In this document: positions 8,793 through 19,169 of the stretch, piece by piece
How the letters are laid out: every line of letters starts with the position of its first letter
Position numbering within the stretch: the first letter of the stretch is position 1
Origin: Gammaproteobacteria bacterium
GTDB taxonomy: Bacteria; Pseudomonadota; Gammaproteobacteria; Steroidobacterales; Rariloculaceae
Reading direction: 5' to 3'
Length of the DNA: 64,000 nucleotides
Assembly (NCBI GenBank): GCA_039933105.1
Contig: JBDTOT010000012.1
Location: forward strand, 41,202-105,201
Position numbers and translations under genes: made by a program
Notes under the pieces: generated by a model
The model's input: the letters and a program-made list of their open reading frames with translations, nothing else
Databases searched by the model: none
What the model was told of the DNA's origin: nothing

Positions 8793-10418
8793 ATGGAGCA
8801 TCGAGTGAGAAGGATCCTGAGCGTCGCCGCGCTGCTATCGATGTGGATGCTGACGACGGCCGCGGCAGCGCTGGCCGGAGAGGAAGAGTTCACGCAGGCG
8901 ATCTCCGCCATCGCGACGGCCAGTTCGTATTCCGAGAAAGACGCTGCAGCCACCGCGATTGCCGCGAGCGCCAACCCACGGGCCGAGACGGTGCTCGGTG
9001 CGATGTTGAAAGGCGAGCTGTACACACGCAACAGCGACTCGCGCGTGGTCACGGTGACGGACGCGGCGGACGGATTCGCGGTGCTCGACGCGACAACGGG
9101 CGAGGACTTGGGCACCGCGAGCACCAGCGATGTGAGCCGAGTGACCGTCAACAACGCGCTGCGCACGTCGCTGCGCGGTCTGCTCGCGACGCTGAAACTG
9201 CACCACACAGATCCCAAACAACGCGTCGCCGCAATCCGCGAAGTCGGCGAGTCGGGAGATCTCGAGATGCGGCAGACGCTCACGGACCTCCTCGCGACAG
9301 AGCAAGACTCAGATGTGCGCGGGGCCATTGATACGGCGGTCGCGACCTTGAATCTCGATAGCACGGAGCCCGCCGAGCGCTTGGCCGCCATCGAGCGCGT
9401 GGGCGGCGTCGTCAACGGCCTCACGCGCACGAAGATGTCGGCGCTGGCCGCCAACGAAAGCGTCGACGAGGAGACGAGGACGGCCGCGCGCAGAGCGTTG
9501 ATCGACATCGAGCGACGCGTCGCCGTGTACGACGTCGTGCAAACGGCGTTCTTCGGCCTGAGCCTGGGCTCTATCCTCGTGCTCGCCGCCATTGGCCTGT
9601 CGGTGACGTTCGGCATCATGGGCGTCATCAACATGGCGCACGGCGAGCTCATGATGCTCGGCGCCTATACCACTTACGTCGTACAACAGCTGATGCCGAA
9701 TGCGCTCGGCGCGTCGCTGTTCGTCGCCATGCCCGCGGCGTTCCTGGTCGCCGGGCTCGTGGGAGTCGCGATCGAGCGCGGCATAGTCCGCAGACTCTAC
9801 GGCCGGCCGCTCGAGACCCTGCTCGCGACGTTCGGCGTGAGCCTCGTGCTCCAACAGGCCGTTCGCACGATCTTCTCGCCGTTGAACCGCTCGGTCGTCA
9901 CACCGGCTTGGCTCAGCGGCTCAATCGAGCTCACACCCGGGCTCGACATCACGCTGAACCGGCTCTACATCCTGCTGTTCAGTCTGCTCGTGTTCGGCGC
10001 GTTGCTGCTCGTGCTGAAACGCACGCGGCTGGGTCTCGAGATGCGCGCGGTGACGCAGAACCGCGCGATGGCCGCGGCGATGGGCATTCGCACCGACCGC
10101 GTGGACATGCTCACGTTCGGGCTCGGCGCCGGCATCGCCGGGCTCGCGGGCGTGGCGCTGTCGCAGGTCACTAACGTGGGCCCGAATCTCGGCCAGGCGT
10201 ACATCGTCGACTCGTTCATGGTCGTGGTGTTCGGCGGCGTGGGCAATCTGTGGGGCACTCTCGTGAGCGGGCTTTCGCTCGGCGTCGCGAGCAAGCTGAT
10301 CGAACCCGCAGCGGGCGCGGTCATGGCGAAGATCTTCGTGCTGGTGTTCTTGATCGTGTTCATCCAGAAGCGACCGCGCGGGCTGTTCCCGCAGAAAGGT
10401 CGCGCGGCGGAAGCATGA
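8793..10418 (+). CDS. urtB: Urea ABC transporter permease with N-terminal periplasmic helical extension
   Basis: FGIMGVINMAHGE, LYGRPLETLLATFG, IVDSFMVVVFGGVG, RPRGLFPQKGR. Confidence 0.93.
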   Translation: MEHRVRRILSVAALLSMWMLTTAAAALAGEEEFTQAISAIATASSYSEKDAAATAIAASANPRAETVLGAMLKGELYTRNSDSRVVTVTDAADGFAVLDATTGEDLGTASTSDVSRVTVNNALRTSLRGLLATLKLHHTDPKQRVAAIREVGESGDLEMRQTLTDLLATEQDSDVRGAIDTAVATLNLDSTEPAERLAAIERVGGVVNGLTRTKMSALAANESVDEETRTAARRALIDIERRVAVYDVVQTAFFGLSLGSILVLAAIGLSVTFGIMGVINMAHGELMMLGAYTTYVVQQLMPNALGASLFVAMPAAFLVAGLVGVAIERGIVRRLYGRPLETLLATFGVSLVLQQAVRTIFSPLNRSVVTPAWLSGSIELTPGLDITLNRLYILLFSLLVFGALLLVLKRTRLGLEMRAVTQNRAMAAAMGIRTDRVDMLTFGLGAGIAGLAGVALSQVTNVGPNLGQAYIVDSFMVVVFGGVGNLWGTLVSGLSLGVASKLIEPAAGAVMAKIFVLVFLIVFIQKRPRGLFPQKGRAAEA

Positions 10419-11515
10419 GCATGCTCACGAAACGCTGGCCCGATCACGATCGCGGCGGCTACGTGCTACTCGGCGTTCTGGCTGTGCTCGCCGTCGTGGT
10501 GCCCGTCGCGAATCTCGCGATCCCCGACGGCTCGCCCCTGCATCTGTCGACGTTCATGGTCACGCTGCTCGGCAAGTACCTGTGCTACGCACTGCTCGCG
10601 CTGGCGCTCGATCTCGTGTGGGGTTACGTCGGCATCCTGAGCTTGGGCCACGGCGCGTTCTTCGCACTCGGCGGCTATGCCATGGGCATGTATCTGATGC
10701 GCCAGATCGGCGCGCGCGGCGTGTACGGCAACGCAGATCTGCCGGACTTCATGGTGTTTCTGAACTGGGACACGCTGCCGTGGTACTGGCACGGCTTCGA
10801 CACGTTCTGGTTCGCGCTGGCGATGGTCGTGCTCGTGCCGGGGTTGCTCGCCTTCGTGTTCGGTTGGCTCGCGTTCCGTTCGCGTGTCGCGGGCGTGTAT
10901 CTGTCGATCATCACGCAGGCGCTCACGTACGCGCTGATGCTCGCGTTCTTCCGCAACGAGATGGGCTTCGGCGGCAACAACGGACTCACGGACTTCAAGG
11001 AGCTACTCGGCTTCGATCTGCAGAGCGACAAAACGCGCGTCGCGCTGTTCCTCACATCCACCGCCGCGCTCGCACTCGGCTACCTCGCGTGCCGTTACGT
11101 CGTAACGTCGCGGCTCGGCCGAGTGGTCGCCGCGATCCGCGACGCCGAGGACCGGGTGCGGTTCGTCGGCTTCCGCACGCATCACTTCAAGGTGTGGGTC
11201 TTCACGCTGTCGGCCGTGCTGTGCGGCATCGCGGGCGCTTTGTACGTTCCGCAGGTCGGCATCATCAACCCCAATGAGTTCCAGCCGCTGAATTCGATCG
11301 AGCTCGTCGTGTGGGTCGCGGTCGGCGGCCGCGGCACGCTGTACGGGGCGGCGCTCGGCGCCGCCGTCGTGAACTACGCGAAGTCCACGTTCACGGCGCT
11401 GCTGCCGGAGGTGTGGCTGTTTGTGCTCGGGACATTGTTCGTGCTCGTGACGATCGCCCTCCCGCGTGGGCTCGTCGGAATCGCCGCTCGCTTCAAGAGA
11501 TCTCAGCATGCTTGA
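10415..11515 (+). CDS. urtC: Urea ABC transporter permease
   Basis: LDLVWGYVGILSLGHG, LPDFMVFL, GFGGNNGLTDFK; ATGA overlap with urtB. Confidence 0.93.
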   Translation: MSMLTKRWPDHDRGGYVLLGVLAVLAVVVPVANLAIPDGSPLHLSTFMVTLLGKYLCYALLALALDLVWGYVGILSLGHGAFFALGGYAMGMYLMRQIGARGVYGNADLPDFMVFLNWDTLPWYWHGFDTFWFALAMVVLVPGLLAFVFGWLAFRSRVAGVYLSIITQALTYALMLAFFRNEMGFGGNNGLTDFKELLGFDLQSDKTRVALFLTSTAALALGYLACRYVVTSRLGRVVAAIRDAEDRVRFVGFRTHHFKVWVFTLSAVLCGIAGALYVPQVGIINPNEFQPLNSIELVVWVAVGGRGTLYGAALGAAVVNYAKSTFTALLPEVWLFVLGTLFVLVTIALPRGLVGIAARFKRSQHA

Positions 11516-12317
11516 GTCCGGCCCGCACGACGCCGAAGACTGGGCACGCGACGACCCGCTGCCGGGCGGAATTGATGCGCCGCACAAGTGGATCTTGTAC
11601 CTCGACAAGATTTCCGTGAGCTTCGACGGCTTCCGCGCGCTGAACAACCTGAACCTCTACATCGAGCGCGGGGAGCTGCGCTGCGTGATCGGCCCGAACG
11701 GCGCCGGCAAGACTACGATGATGGACGTGATCACGGGCAAGACGCGCCCAGACGAAGGCGAAGCTTTCTTCGACGGCTCGATCGATCTGCTGCAGCACTC
11801 GGAGCCCGAGATCGCGAGCTGGATCGGCCGCAAGTTTCAGAAACCGACGGTGTTCGTGAATCACACGGTCCTCGAGAACCTCGAGCTCGCGGGGCTGCAC
11901 GACAAGCGCGTGTGGCACACGCTCATCACGAAACTGTCTGCCCAGGACAGGTACCGCATCGACGCGACGCTGCGGACGATCGGTCTGCTCGATCGCGCGA
12001 CGCGGCCGGCGGGCGCGTTGTCGCACGGCCAGAAGCAGTGGCTTGAGATCGGCATGCTGCTGATGCAGAACCCGCGCGTGCTGCTCGTGGACGAGCCGGT
12101 CGCCGGTATGACGCGCCATGAGACCGAAGCGACGGCGGAGCTGCTGAATGGGCTCGCGGGCGAGCACTCAGTGGTGGTCGTCGAGCACGACATGGAGTTC
12201 GTGCGCTCGATCGCGCGGCGCGTGACAGTGCTGCACGAAGGTCACGTGCTGGCCGAGGGGCCGATGGACGTTATTCAGAACGATCCCAAAGTCATCGAGG
12301 TGTACCTTGGCGAGTGA
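11508..12317 (+). CDS. urtD: Urea ABC transporter ATP-binding protein
   Basis: GPNGAGKT, IGRKFQKP, LSHGQKQWLEIGM, VIEVYLG. Confidence 0.93.
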   Translation: MLESGPHDAEDWARDDPLPGGIDAPHKWILYLDKISVSFDGFRALNNLNLYIERGELRCVIGPNGAGKTTMMDVITGKTRPDEGEAFFDGSIDLLQHSEPEIASWIGRKFQKPTVFVNHTVLENLELAGLHDKRVWHTLITKLSAQDRYRIDATLRTIGLLDRATRPAGALSHGQKQWLEIGMLLMQNPRVLLVDEPVAGMTRHETEATAELLNGLAGEHSVVVVEHDMEFVRSIARRVTVLHEGHVLAEGPMDVIQNDPKVIEVYLGE

Positions 12318-12541
12318 TCGTTCACCGCTCGGCACCGCGTTGTGCCGCACAGTCGGCGTCCCGCGCGCATCGATCGCCAGCATGCGAGGGCTGTTTCGAA
12401 ACCGCCGCAAGTACATCCCTGTAGGCTCGCGCCGCGCCGTCCCTGGCGCGGAGCGTTTCGAAACAGCCCTCGCATGCCGACGATCGATGATTATGCACAG
12501 CGCGTGTGCGGCGCACGTGGCACAGCACAGCGAGCGATCAC
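12314..12541. repeat. Long palindromic element, copy 1
   Basis: perfect 23-bp inverted arms 12380-12402/12455-12477 around a 52-nt core (12403-12454); further imperfect pairing out to 12314-12323/12532-12541. Confidence 0.9.
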
Positions 12542-12749
12542 GCCTGCGGTTGGATGTGGACAACGGCGGCGCGGGCACGACCTTCGATGTCGGCCGTTGG
12601 CGTGAGATGACCGTTTCGGAGCGCTCCGCGCCAGGGACGGCGCGGCGCGAGCCTACAGGGACGTACCTGCGGCGTTTCCGAAACGGTCATCTCACGCCGA
12701 CGGCCGACTGCGATGCCATCAACCCCGCGCCGATGGGAGCCACCGCGTG
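12539..12749. repeat. Long palindromic element, copy 2 (core inverted relative to copy 1)
   Basis: 31/32-bp inverted arms 12589-12620/12677-12708; core 12623-12674 is the reverse complement of the copy-1 core at 50/52 positions. Confidence 0.9.
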
Positions 12750-13460
12750 CTGACGGTGAAGGGATTGAATCAGTCGTATGGGCAGAGCCACACGCTGTGG
12801 GACATCGAGCTCGACGTGCCGCGCGGGGCGGTCGTGAGCCTCATCGGGCGCAACGGGGTCGGTAAGACCACGCTGCTCGGGTGTCTCATGGGGTTGCTCA
12901 AGACGGACTCCGGCAGCATTACGTTCGACGGGCGCGAGCTTGCCGGCTCGCGTGCCGAGCAACGCGCACCACTCGGCATCGGTTTCGTGCCGCAGGGCCG
13001 CATGATCTTTCCGCTGCTCACCGTGGAAGAGAACCTGCGCATCGGTTTACCCGCTCGCGCAAAGCGTGCGCCAAAAACGGCAACCCACGCGGTCGTGCCC
13101 GACCTCGTCTATGAGCTGTTCCCCGTGTTGAAGTCGATGCGCAGACGCCGCGGCGGCGACCTTTCGGGCGGCCAGCAACAGCAACTCGCGATCGGCCGCG
13201 CGCTCGTGCTGAACCCGAGCCTGCTGATTTTGGACGAGCCCACCGAAGGCATTCAGCCCAGCATCGTCAAGGAAATCGGCGACGTGATTCAGCGCTTGAA
13301 GCACGAGCTCGCCATGACCGTGCTCGTAGTGGAGCAGAAGCTACCGTTCGTGCGCCGCGTGTGCGACCGATTCTGCATCATGGACAAAGGCCGGGTCGTC
13401 GGCACGGGCGCCATGCCCGAACTCACCGACGATCTCGTGCGTAACTTTCTCTCCGTGTGA
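12747..13460 (+). CDS. urtE: Urea ABC transporter ATP-binding protein
   Basis: GRNGVGKT, VPQGRMIFPLLTVEENL, LSGGQQQQLAIGRAL, DEPTEGIQPS; GTG start with GGAG RBS. Confidence 0.93.
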   Translation: MLTVKGLNQSYGQSHTLWDIELDVPRGAVVSLIGRNGVGKTTLLGCLMGLLKTDSGSITFDGRELAGSRAEQRAPLGIGFVPQGRMIFPLLTVEENLRIGLPARAKRAPKTATHAVVPDLVYELFPVLKSMRRRRGGDLSGGQQQQLAIGRALVLNPSLLILDEPTEGIQPSIVKEIGDVIQRLKHELAMTVLVVEQKLPFVRRVCDRFCIMDKGRVVGTGAMPELTDDLVRNFLSV

Positions 13461-14164
13461 TGACGGAAATCTGGTCACAGGCCGTGCTGATCGGCGGGTG
13501 GTTCGGCCTGCTGCACGCGTTCGATGCCGATCATCTCGCGACGATCGGCGGGCTCGCATTGCGCGATCGCTCGATGCCCGCGACGGGGTATGCCCTGCGC
13601 TGGGCGCTCGGTCACGCAGCCGCGCTCGGCATCATCGCGACAGCCGTGCTCGGATTGGGGCTCGTGACGGCGGCAGACTGGACCGCGCACGGCGATTGGC
13701 TCGTGGCGCTCGCGTTGTTCGCGATCGGCCTGCAAGCACTCCGAATCGCATGGCAATGGTTGCGCGCGGCACGGCGCGGATTTGCGCTGCCGAAGGCCGC
13801 TGCCCACTCCCATGACGACACGCGAGGTCACGTGCACTTCCTGGCGCCCTGGCACTCGCATGGCGCGCCGGGCCGCATGAGCTTGCTGATGGGGTTGCTG
13901 CATGGCGGCGCAGGCTCCGCTGCCGTTCTTGCGTTGCTGCCGCTCGCGCACTTTCACAGCGGTGTCGCAGCGGCTGTCTACCTCGCGTGTTTTTCTCTCG
14001 GAGTCACGGTCGGCGCGCTCGCGTTCGCGCGCGTATTCGCACTGCTGGCACGCCGCTCGGCTGCCGCCGGTGAACGGCTGGCGGCCGCGTTTCAGACGAC
14101 TGTTGGTGTGTTCGCCCTCACGAGCGGCGCGTGGCTGCTGTACGAAATCACCCATGCCGGCTGA
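13457..14164 (+). CDS. Nickel permease / urease accessory membrane protein (UreH/NiCoT-like)
   Basis: HAFDADH signature, WALGH, His-rich loop, GLLHGGAGS. Confidence 0.8.
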   Translation: MMTEIWSQAVLIGGWFGLLHAFDADHLATIGGLALRDRSMPATGYALRWALGHAAALGIIATAVLGLGLVTAADWTAHGDWLVALALFAIGLQALRIAWQWLRAARRGFALPKAAAHSHDDTRGHVHFLAPWHSHGAPGRMSLLMGLLHGGAGSAAVLALLPLAHFHSGVAAAVYLACFSLGVTVGALAFARVFALLARRSAAAGERLAAAFQTTVGVFALTSGAWLLYEITHAG

Positions 14165-15008
14165 CGGCGCGATCGAACAGCAACGCGGCTGGCGCGGCGC
14201 GCTCGCGCTGCGTTTCGCTTCACGCGGCGGCAAGACCGTGCTCGCGGAACGGCGGCACGAGGGTCCGTTGTATATCCAGCAGACGTTCTCCCCCGGCGAC
14301 GGCGTATGTCATGCCTACCTGTTGCATCCACCGGGCGGCCTTGCCGGCGGCGACGAACTGACACTCGACGCACGTTGTGATCCCGGCGCACGCGTACTGC
14401 TCACGACACCGGCGGCCACGAAGTTCTATCGCAGCGACGGCCTCCCGAGCGTGCAACGCCAGCGTTTGCACGTGGCCGCCGATGCGACGCTCGAGTGGTT
14501 GCCGCTCGACACGATCCTATTCGGCGGCAGTCGCGCAACGATCGAGACGTCGGTGGAGCTTGCTCGTGGCGCCCGCTTCATCGGGTGGGAGCAACTCTCG
14601 CTCGGCCGGCCGCTGTCGGGCGATCACTACGCTGCAGGCTGGCTTGAGCAGCGCACGCGAATCTCCGTCGCCGGAGAGCCGCTGTTGATCGACACGCTGC
14701 GTTGGCGTGCGGGCGACCGGCTGCTCGACGCCGAATGGGGTCTTGCTGGTTTCGGGGTGTGCGGCGCTTTGCAGGTCTTCCCGGCCGATGCCCGTCTCCT
14801 TGCGCCCATCCGGGGGCTGCTGGGCGCCGTCACCCCGTCTTCTCACGAGCTGCGCTGTGCAGCGACTCTACTCGGCGAGCTGCTCGTCGTGCGCTGCCTG
14901 AGCCACTCGGCGGAGCGCATGCGCAACCTGCTCGAAGAGCTCTGGGCACTCGTCCGCACCGCCGTGATCGGCTGCGCACCGAGCCCACCGCGAATCTGGA
15001 GGACATAG
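14154..15008 (+). CDS. ureD: Urease accessory protein
   Basis: [39 protein letters not shown]. Confidence 0.93.
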   Translation: MPADGAIEQQRGWRGALALRFASRGGKTVLAERRHEGPLYIQQTFSPGDGVCHAYLLHPPGGLAGGDELTLDARCDPGARVLLTTPAATKFYRSDGLPSVQRQRLHVAADATLEWLPLDTILFGGSRATIETSVELARGARFIGWEQLSLGRPLSGDHYAAGWLEQRTRISVAGEPLLIDTLRWRAGDRLLDAEWGLAGFGVCGALQVFPADARLLAPIRGLLGAVTPSSHELRCAATLLGELLVVRCLSHSAERMRNLLEELWALVRTAVIGCAPSPPRIWRT

Positions 15009-15015
15009 ACAAAGC

Positions 15016-15318
15016 ATGGATCTCACGCCAAGAGAAAAGGACAAGCTGCTGATCTTCGTCGCCGCCCAGGTTGCAACGGCGCGACGCGCACGCGGCGTGA
15101 AGCTCAACTACCCCGAGAGCATCGCGTTGATCTCGGCCGCGATCTTGGAAGGCGCGCGCGACGGCAAGAGCGTGGCGGCGCTCATGAGCGAAGGCGCGAC
15201 GATTCTGACGCGCGACGAGGTCATGGACGGCATACCGGAGCTGGTTACGGAAGTGCAGATCGAAGCCACGTTCCCCGACGGCACGAAACTCGTGACCGTC
15301 CACAACCCGATCGTGTAG
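15016..15318 (+). CDS. ureA: Urease gamma subunit
   Basis: [33 protein letters not shown]. Confidence 0.98.
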   Translation: MDLTPREKDKLLIFVAAQVATARRARGVKLNYPESIALISAAILEGARDGKSVAALMSEGATILTRDEVMDGIPELVTEVQIEATFPDGTKLVTVHNPIV

Positions 15319-15324
15319 CGAACG

Positions 15325-15633
15325 ATGATCCCTGGCGAATACCTGATCGACGATGGCGAGATCGAGCTGAATGCGGGCCGCACCACGCTCAAGGTCATCG
15401 TCGCGAATACCGGCGACCGCCCGATCCAGGTCGGCTCGCACTATCACTTCGCGGAGACGAACGAGGCGTTGCGTTTCGATCGCGCCGCGGCACTGGGATT
15501 TCGGCTGAACATTCCCGCCGGCACGGCCGTCCGCTTCGAACCGGGCCAGGAGCGTACGGTCGAGCTCGTGGCGCTCGCAGGCGCGCGGCGCGTGTACGGC
15601 TTCCTGGGCCACGTCATGGGACCGTTGCCATGA
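15325..15633 (+). CDS. ureB: Urease beta subunit
   Basis: [24 protein letters not shown]. Confidence 0.98.
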   Translation: MIPGEYLIDDGEIELNAGRTTLKVIVANTGDRPIQVGSHYHFAETNEALRFDRAAALGFRLNIPAGTAVRFEPGQERTVELVALAGARRVYGFLGHVMGPLP

Positions 15634-17330
15634 AGATCTCGCGGCGCGCCTACGCCGATATGTTCGGCCCCACCACGGGCGATCGCGTGCGACTCGGCGA
15701 CACCGATCTCGTGATCGAGGTCGAGGTCGATCACACCGTGTACGGCGACGAAGTAAAATTCGGCGGCGGCAAAGTCATTCGCGACGGCATGGGTCAGAGT
15801 CAGCGCCCTTCGGCCGACACGGTGGACCTCGTGATCACGAACGCGCTGATCCTCGACTACTGGGGCATCGTGAAGGCCGACGTCGGTATCAAGAACGGCC
15901 GCATCGCCGCGATTGGCAAAGCCGGCAATCCCGACACGCAACCCGGCGTAACGATCGTGATCGGTCCCGGCACGGAGGTGATCGCAGGCGAAGGCCAGAT
16001 ACTGACGGCCGGCGGCATCGACGCGCACATTCATTTCATCTGCCCGCAGCAGATCGAGGAAGCGCTGACGTCCGGCATCACGACGATGATCGGCGGCGGC
16101 ACGGGGCCGGCCACGGGCACGAACGCGACAACCTGCACGCCGGGCCCTTGGAACATCATGCGCATGCTGCAAGCGGCCGATGGCTTCGCGATGAACCTCG
16201 GCTTCTTGGGCAAAGGCAACGCGAGCCTGCCGCTGCCGCTCGAAGAGCAGATCGAGGCGGGCGTGATCGGGCTCAAGCTGCACGAGGACTGGGGCACGAC
16301 GCCGGCCGCGATCGACAACTGCCTCGCCGTTGCCGAACGCTACGATGTGCAGGTCGCGATCCACACCGACACACTGAACGAATCGGGCTTCGTCGAAACG
16401 ACGTTGGCCGCGTTCAAAGACCGCACGATCCACACGTATCACACCGAAGGCGCCGGCGGCGGCCACGCGCCCGACATCATCAAGGCGTGCAGCGCGGAGA
16501 ACGTGCTGCCCTCCTCCACGAACCCGACGCGCCCCTACACCGTGAACACCGTCGACGAGCATCTCGACATGCTGATGGTGTGCCATCACCTGGACCCCGG
16601 CATCCCCGAGGACGTCGCGTTCGCCGAGTCGCGCATTCGCCGCGAAACCATTGCCGCTGAGGACATCCTGCACGACCTCGGGGCGTTCTCGATGATCTCG
16701 TCGGACTCCCAAGCGATGGGCCGTGTCGGTGAAGTCATCACACGCACGTGGCAGACGGCGCACAAGATGAAGGTGCAACGCGGCGCACTGCCCGAAGACA
16801 ACACGCGCAACGACAACTTCCGCGTCAAGCGCTACGTCGCGAAGTACACGATTAACCCTGCCGTCACGCACGGTGTCGCCGAGCACGTGGGTTCTGTCGA
16901 GGTCGGCAAGCTGGCCGATCTCGTGCTTTGGCGCCCGGCTTTCTTCGGCGCGAAGCCATCGTTGATCATCAAGGGCGGCATGATCGCGTCGGCACCGATG
17001 GGCGATGCGAACGCGTCGATTCCGACACCGCAGCCCGTGCACTACCGGCCGATGTTCGGCGCCTTCGGCCGCGCCCTCGAGCGCACGTCTGTGACGTTTG
17101 TATCGGGCGCCGCATTCGCGGCCGGCGTCGACCGGCATTACGGACTCGCGAAGTCGATCGTGCCCATCGGCGATACGCGTCGCGTACGCAAAGCGGACAT
17201 GCGGCTGAACGCGTATACGCCGACGATCGAAGTCGACCCGGAAACCTACGAAGTGCGCGCCGACGGCCTGCTTCTGACGTGCGAACCCGCCACGTCGTTG
17301 CCGCTCGCGCAGCGCTACTTCCTGTTCTGA
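15630..17330 (+). CDS. ureC: Urease alpha subunit
   Basis: [41 protein letters not shown]. Confidence 0.99.
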   Translation: MKISRRAYADMFGPTTGDRVRLGDTDLVIEVEVDHTVYGDEVKFGGGKVIRDGMGQSQRPSADTVDLVITNALILDYWGIVKADVGIKNGRIAAIGKAGNPDTQPGVTIVIGPGTEVIAGEGQILTAGGIDAHIHFICPQQIEEALTSGITTMIGGGTGPATGTNATTCTPGPWNIMRMLQAADGFAMNLGFLGKGNASLPLPLEEQIEAGVIGLKLHEDWGTTPAAIDNCLAVAERYDVQVAIHTDTLNESGFVETTLAAFKDRTIHTYHTEGAGGGHAPDIIKACSAENVLPSSTNPTRPYTVNTVDEHLDMLMVCHHLDPGIPEDVAFAESRIRRETIAAEDILHDLGAFSMISSDSQAMGRVGEVITRTWQTAHKMKVQRGALPEDNTRNDNFRVKRYVAKYTINPAVTHGVAEHVGSVEVGKLADLVLWRPAFFGAKPSLIIKGGMIASAPMGDANASIPTPQPVHYRPMFGAFGRALERTSVTFVSGAAFAAGVDRHYGLAKSIVPIGDTRRVRKADMRLNAYTPTIEVDPETYEVRADGLLLTCEPATSLPLAQRYFLF

Positions 17331-17342
17331 AGTGGAGCCACG

Positions 17343-17885
17343 ATGAGCGAGCCGTTACGCCTGTTTACGGAGCACTTTCCGATCGGTGGACGCGTCGGCC
17401 AAACGACCATTGCGACGTTGAAGGCCGTGCTGCCCTTCGAGCGCCGGCAAAAAGCGCGGCAGCGAACACGGACGACGGCTGGCGAAGACATCGGCGTCCA
17501 ACTCCAGCGCGGCACGATTCTGCGCGGCGGCGATCTGCTGCGCGCCGCGGACGGTACGCTGCTCGAGGTGGTGGCCGCACACGAGCCCGTGTCGACCGTG
17601 TTCAGCCGCAGTTTGCGGCCGCTTGCGCGCGTGGCGTATCACCTCGGCAACCGCCATGTCCCGCTACAGATCGGCGCCGGCTGGGTCCGTTACCTCGCGG
17701 ACCACGTGCTCGACGCGATGGTCACGCAGCTCGGTCTGAACGTTGTGCACGATGACGAGCCGTTCGAACCAGAAGCCGGCGCGTACGGATCGCACTCACA
17801 CTCGCGTGGTCACGCCGACCCTGGCCACGCTCGCGGCAGCATCGCGTTCGGCGATTTGCACGCCGTGCACGGCCACGAGCCATGA
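17343..17885 (+). CDS. ureE: Urease accessory nickel chaperone
   Basis: AYHLGNRHVP, DHVLDAM, PFEPEAGAY followed by His-containing tail. Confidence 0.95.
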   Translation: MSEPLRLFTEHFPIGGRVGQTTIATLKAVLPFERRQKARQRTRTTAGEDIGVQLQRGTILRGGDLLRAADGTLLEVVAAHEPVSTVFSRSLRPLARVAYHLGNRHVPLQIGAGWVRYLADHVLDAMVTQLGLNVVHDDEPFEPEAGAYGSHSHSRGHADPGHARGSIAFGDLHAVHGHEP

Positions 17886-18541
17886 ACGCGGCGACGCTGC
17901 GCCTCTGGCAACTGATCAGCCCGACGCTGCCAGTCGGCGCGTACAGCTACTCGCAGGCGCTCGAGTACGTGATCGAGTGCGGCACGGTTCGCGACGAGCC
18001 GAGCACGCTCTCATGGCTACGCGAGCTGCTGCACCACGGGCTCGCAGCGCTCGACTTGCCCGTGTTGCTGCGCGTGCATCGCGCGTGGACTCGCGCAGAT
18101 GCGGCGGCCGTCGCGCAACTCAGCCGCGAGCTCGAAGCGCGACGCGACACGGCCGAGCTGCGGTTCGAGGACCTGGCGATGGGCGGCGCCTTGACGCAAT
18201 TGCTCGCCAACCTCGGCGAGCCCCTGCCGGCCGGCGCACCGCGCCTGCCTTTCGCGAGCGCGTTCGCTGTGGCATGCGCGAACTGGCGAATATCCGAGGA
18301 TGACGCGTGCGCCGGCTTCGCGTGGGCTTGGTGCGAATCGCAGATAGCCGCGGCCGTGAAGCTGGTGCCACTCGGCCACACTGCAGGCCAACGTCTACTG
18401 CTCGCGCTTGGCGGCGAAATCGGCGCGGCCGTGGCATACGCAGCAACCCTCGGCGACGACGACGTCGGCACCACGCTGCCCGGGCTTGCCATCGCGAGTG
18501 CGCTGCACGAAACGCAATACACCCGCCTGTTCAGATCATGA
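17882..18541 (+). CDS. ureF: Urease accessory protein
   Basis: [32 protein letters not shown]. Confidence 0.95.
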   Translation: MNAATLRLWQLISPTLPVGAYSYSQALEYVIECGTVRDEPSTLSWLRELLHHGLAALDLPVLLRVHRAWTRADAAAVAQLSRELEARRDTAELRFEDLAMGGALTQLLANLGEPLPAGAPRLPFASAFAVACANWRISEDDACAGFAWAWCESQIAAAVKLVPLGHTAGQRLLLALGGEIGAAVAYAATLGDDDVGTTLPGLAIASALHETQYTRLFRS

Positions 18542-18554
18542 GGAGAACGACCAC

Positions 18555-19169
18555 ATGCTAGACAACGTTCTAAGAATCGGCGTCGGCGGCCCCGTCGGCT
18601 CGGGCAAGACGAGCCTCATCGACGCGCTGTGCAAGCGGATGCGCGAGCGTTACCACATCGCTGTAGTGACGAACGACATCTACACGCAGGAGGACGCGCA
18701 GATCCTGATTCGCTCCAAAGCGCTGGCCGAGGATCACATCATGGGCGTCGAAACCGGCGGCTGCCCGCACACGGCGATCCGCGAGGACGCATCGATGAAC
18801 TTGGCCGCGATCGATACGATGGTGCAGCGCTTCCCGACACTCGATTTCATCTTCGTCGAAAGCGGCGGCGATAACTTGAGCGCCACGTTCAGCCCCGAGC
18901 TCGCGGACATCACGCTGTACGTGATCGACGTGGCGGCCGGCGACAAGATTCCGCGCAAAGGCGGCCCCGGCATCACGCGCTCAGACCTGCTGATCATCAA
19001 CAAAATCGATCTCGCGCCCATGGTAGGCGCTTCGCTCGAGATCATGCAGCGTGACACTCTGAAGATGCGCGGCGAGCGGCCGTGGGTGTTCACGAACCTC
19101 AAGGAGCGTCACGGCCTCGACGTCATCGAGCAGTTCATCGTGCGCGCGGGAATGCTGCAGGCGGCGTGA
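18555..19169 (+). CDS. ureG: Urease accessory GTPase
   Basis: [27 protein letters not shown]; AGGAG RBS. Confidence 0.97.
   Translation: MLDNVLRIGVGGPVGSGKTSLIDALCKRMRERYHIAVVTNDIYTQEDAQILIRSKALAEDHIMGVETGGCPHTAIREDASMNLAAIDTMVQRFPTLDFIFVESGGDNLSATFSPELADITLYVIDVAAGDKIPRKGGPGITRSDLLIINKIDLAPMVGASLEIMQRDTLKMRGERPWVFTNLKERHGLDVIEQFIVRAGMLQAA

Noticed and set aside
12380-12708. CRISPR array or IS interpretation of the repeats
   Set aside because: Only two inverted copies, no regular spacers, no cas or transposase gene, no target-site duplication seen.
15444-17138. 564-aa minus-strand ORF
   Set aside because: Shadow of ureB/ureC.
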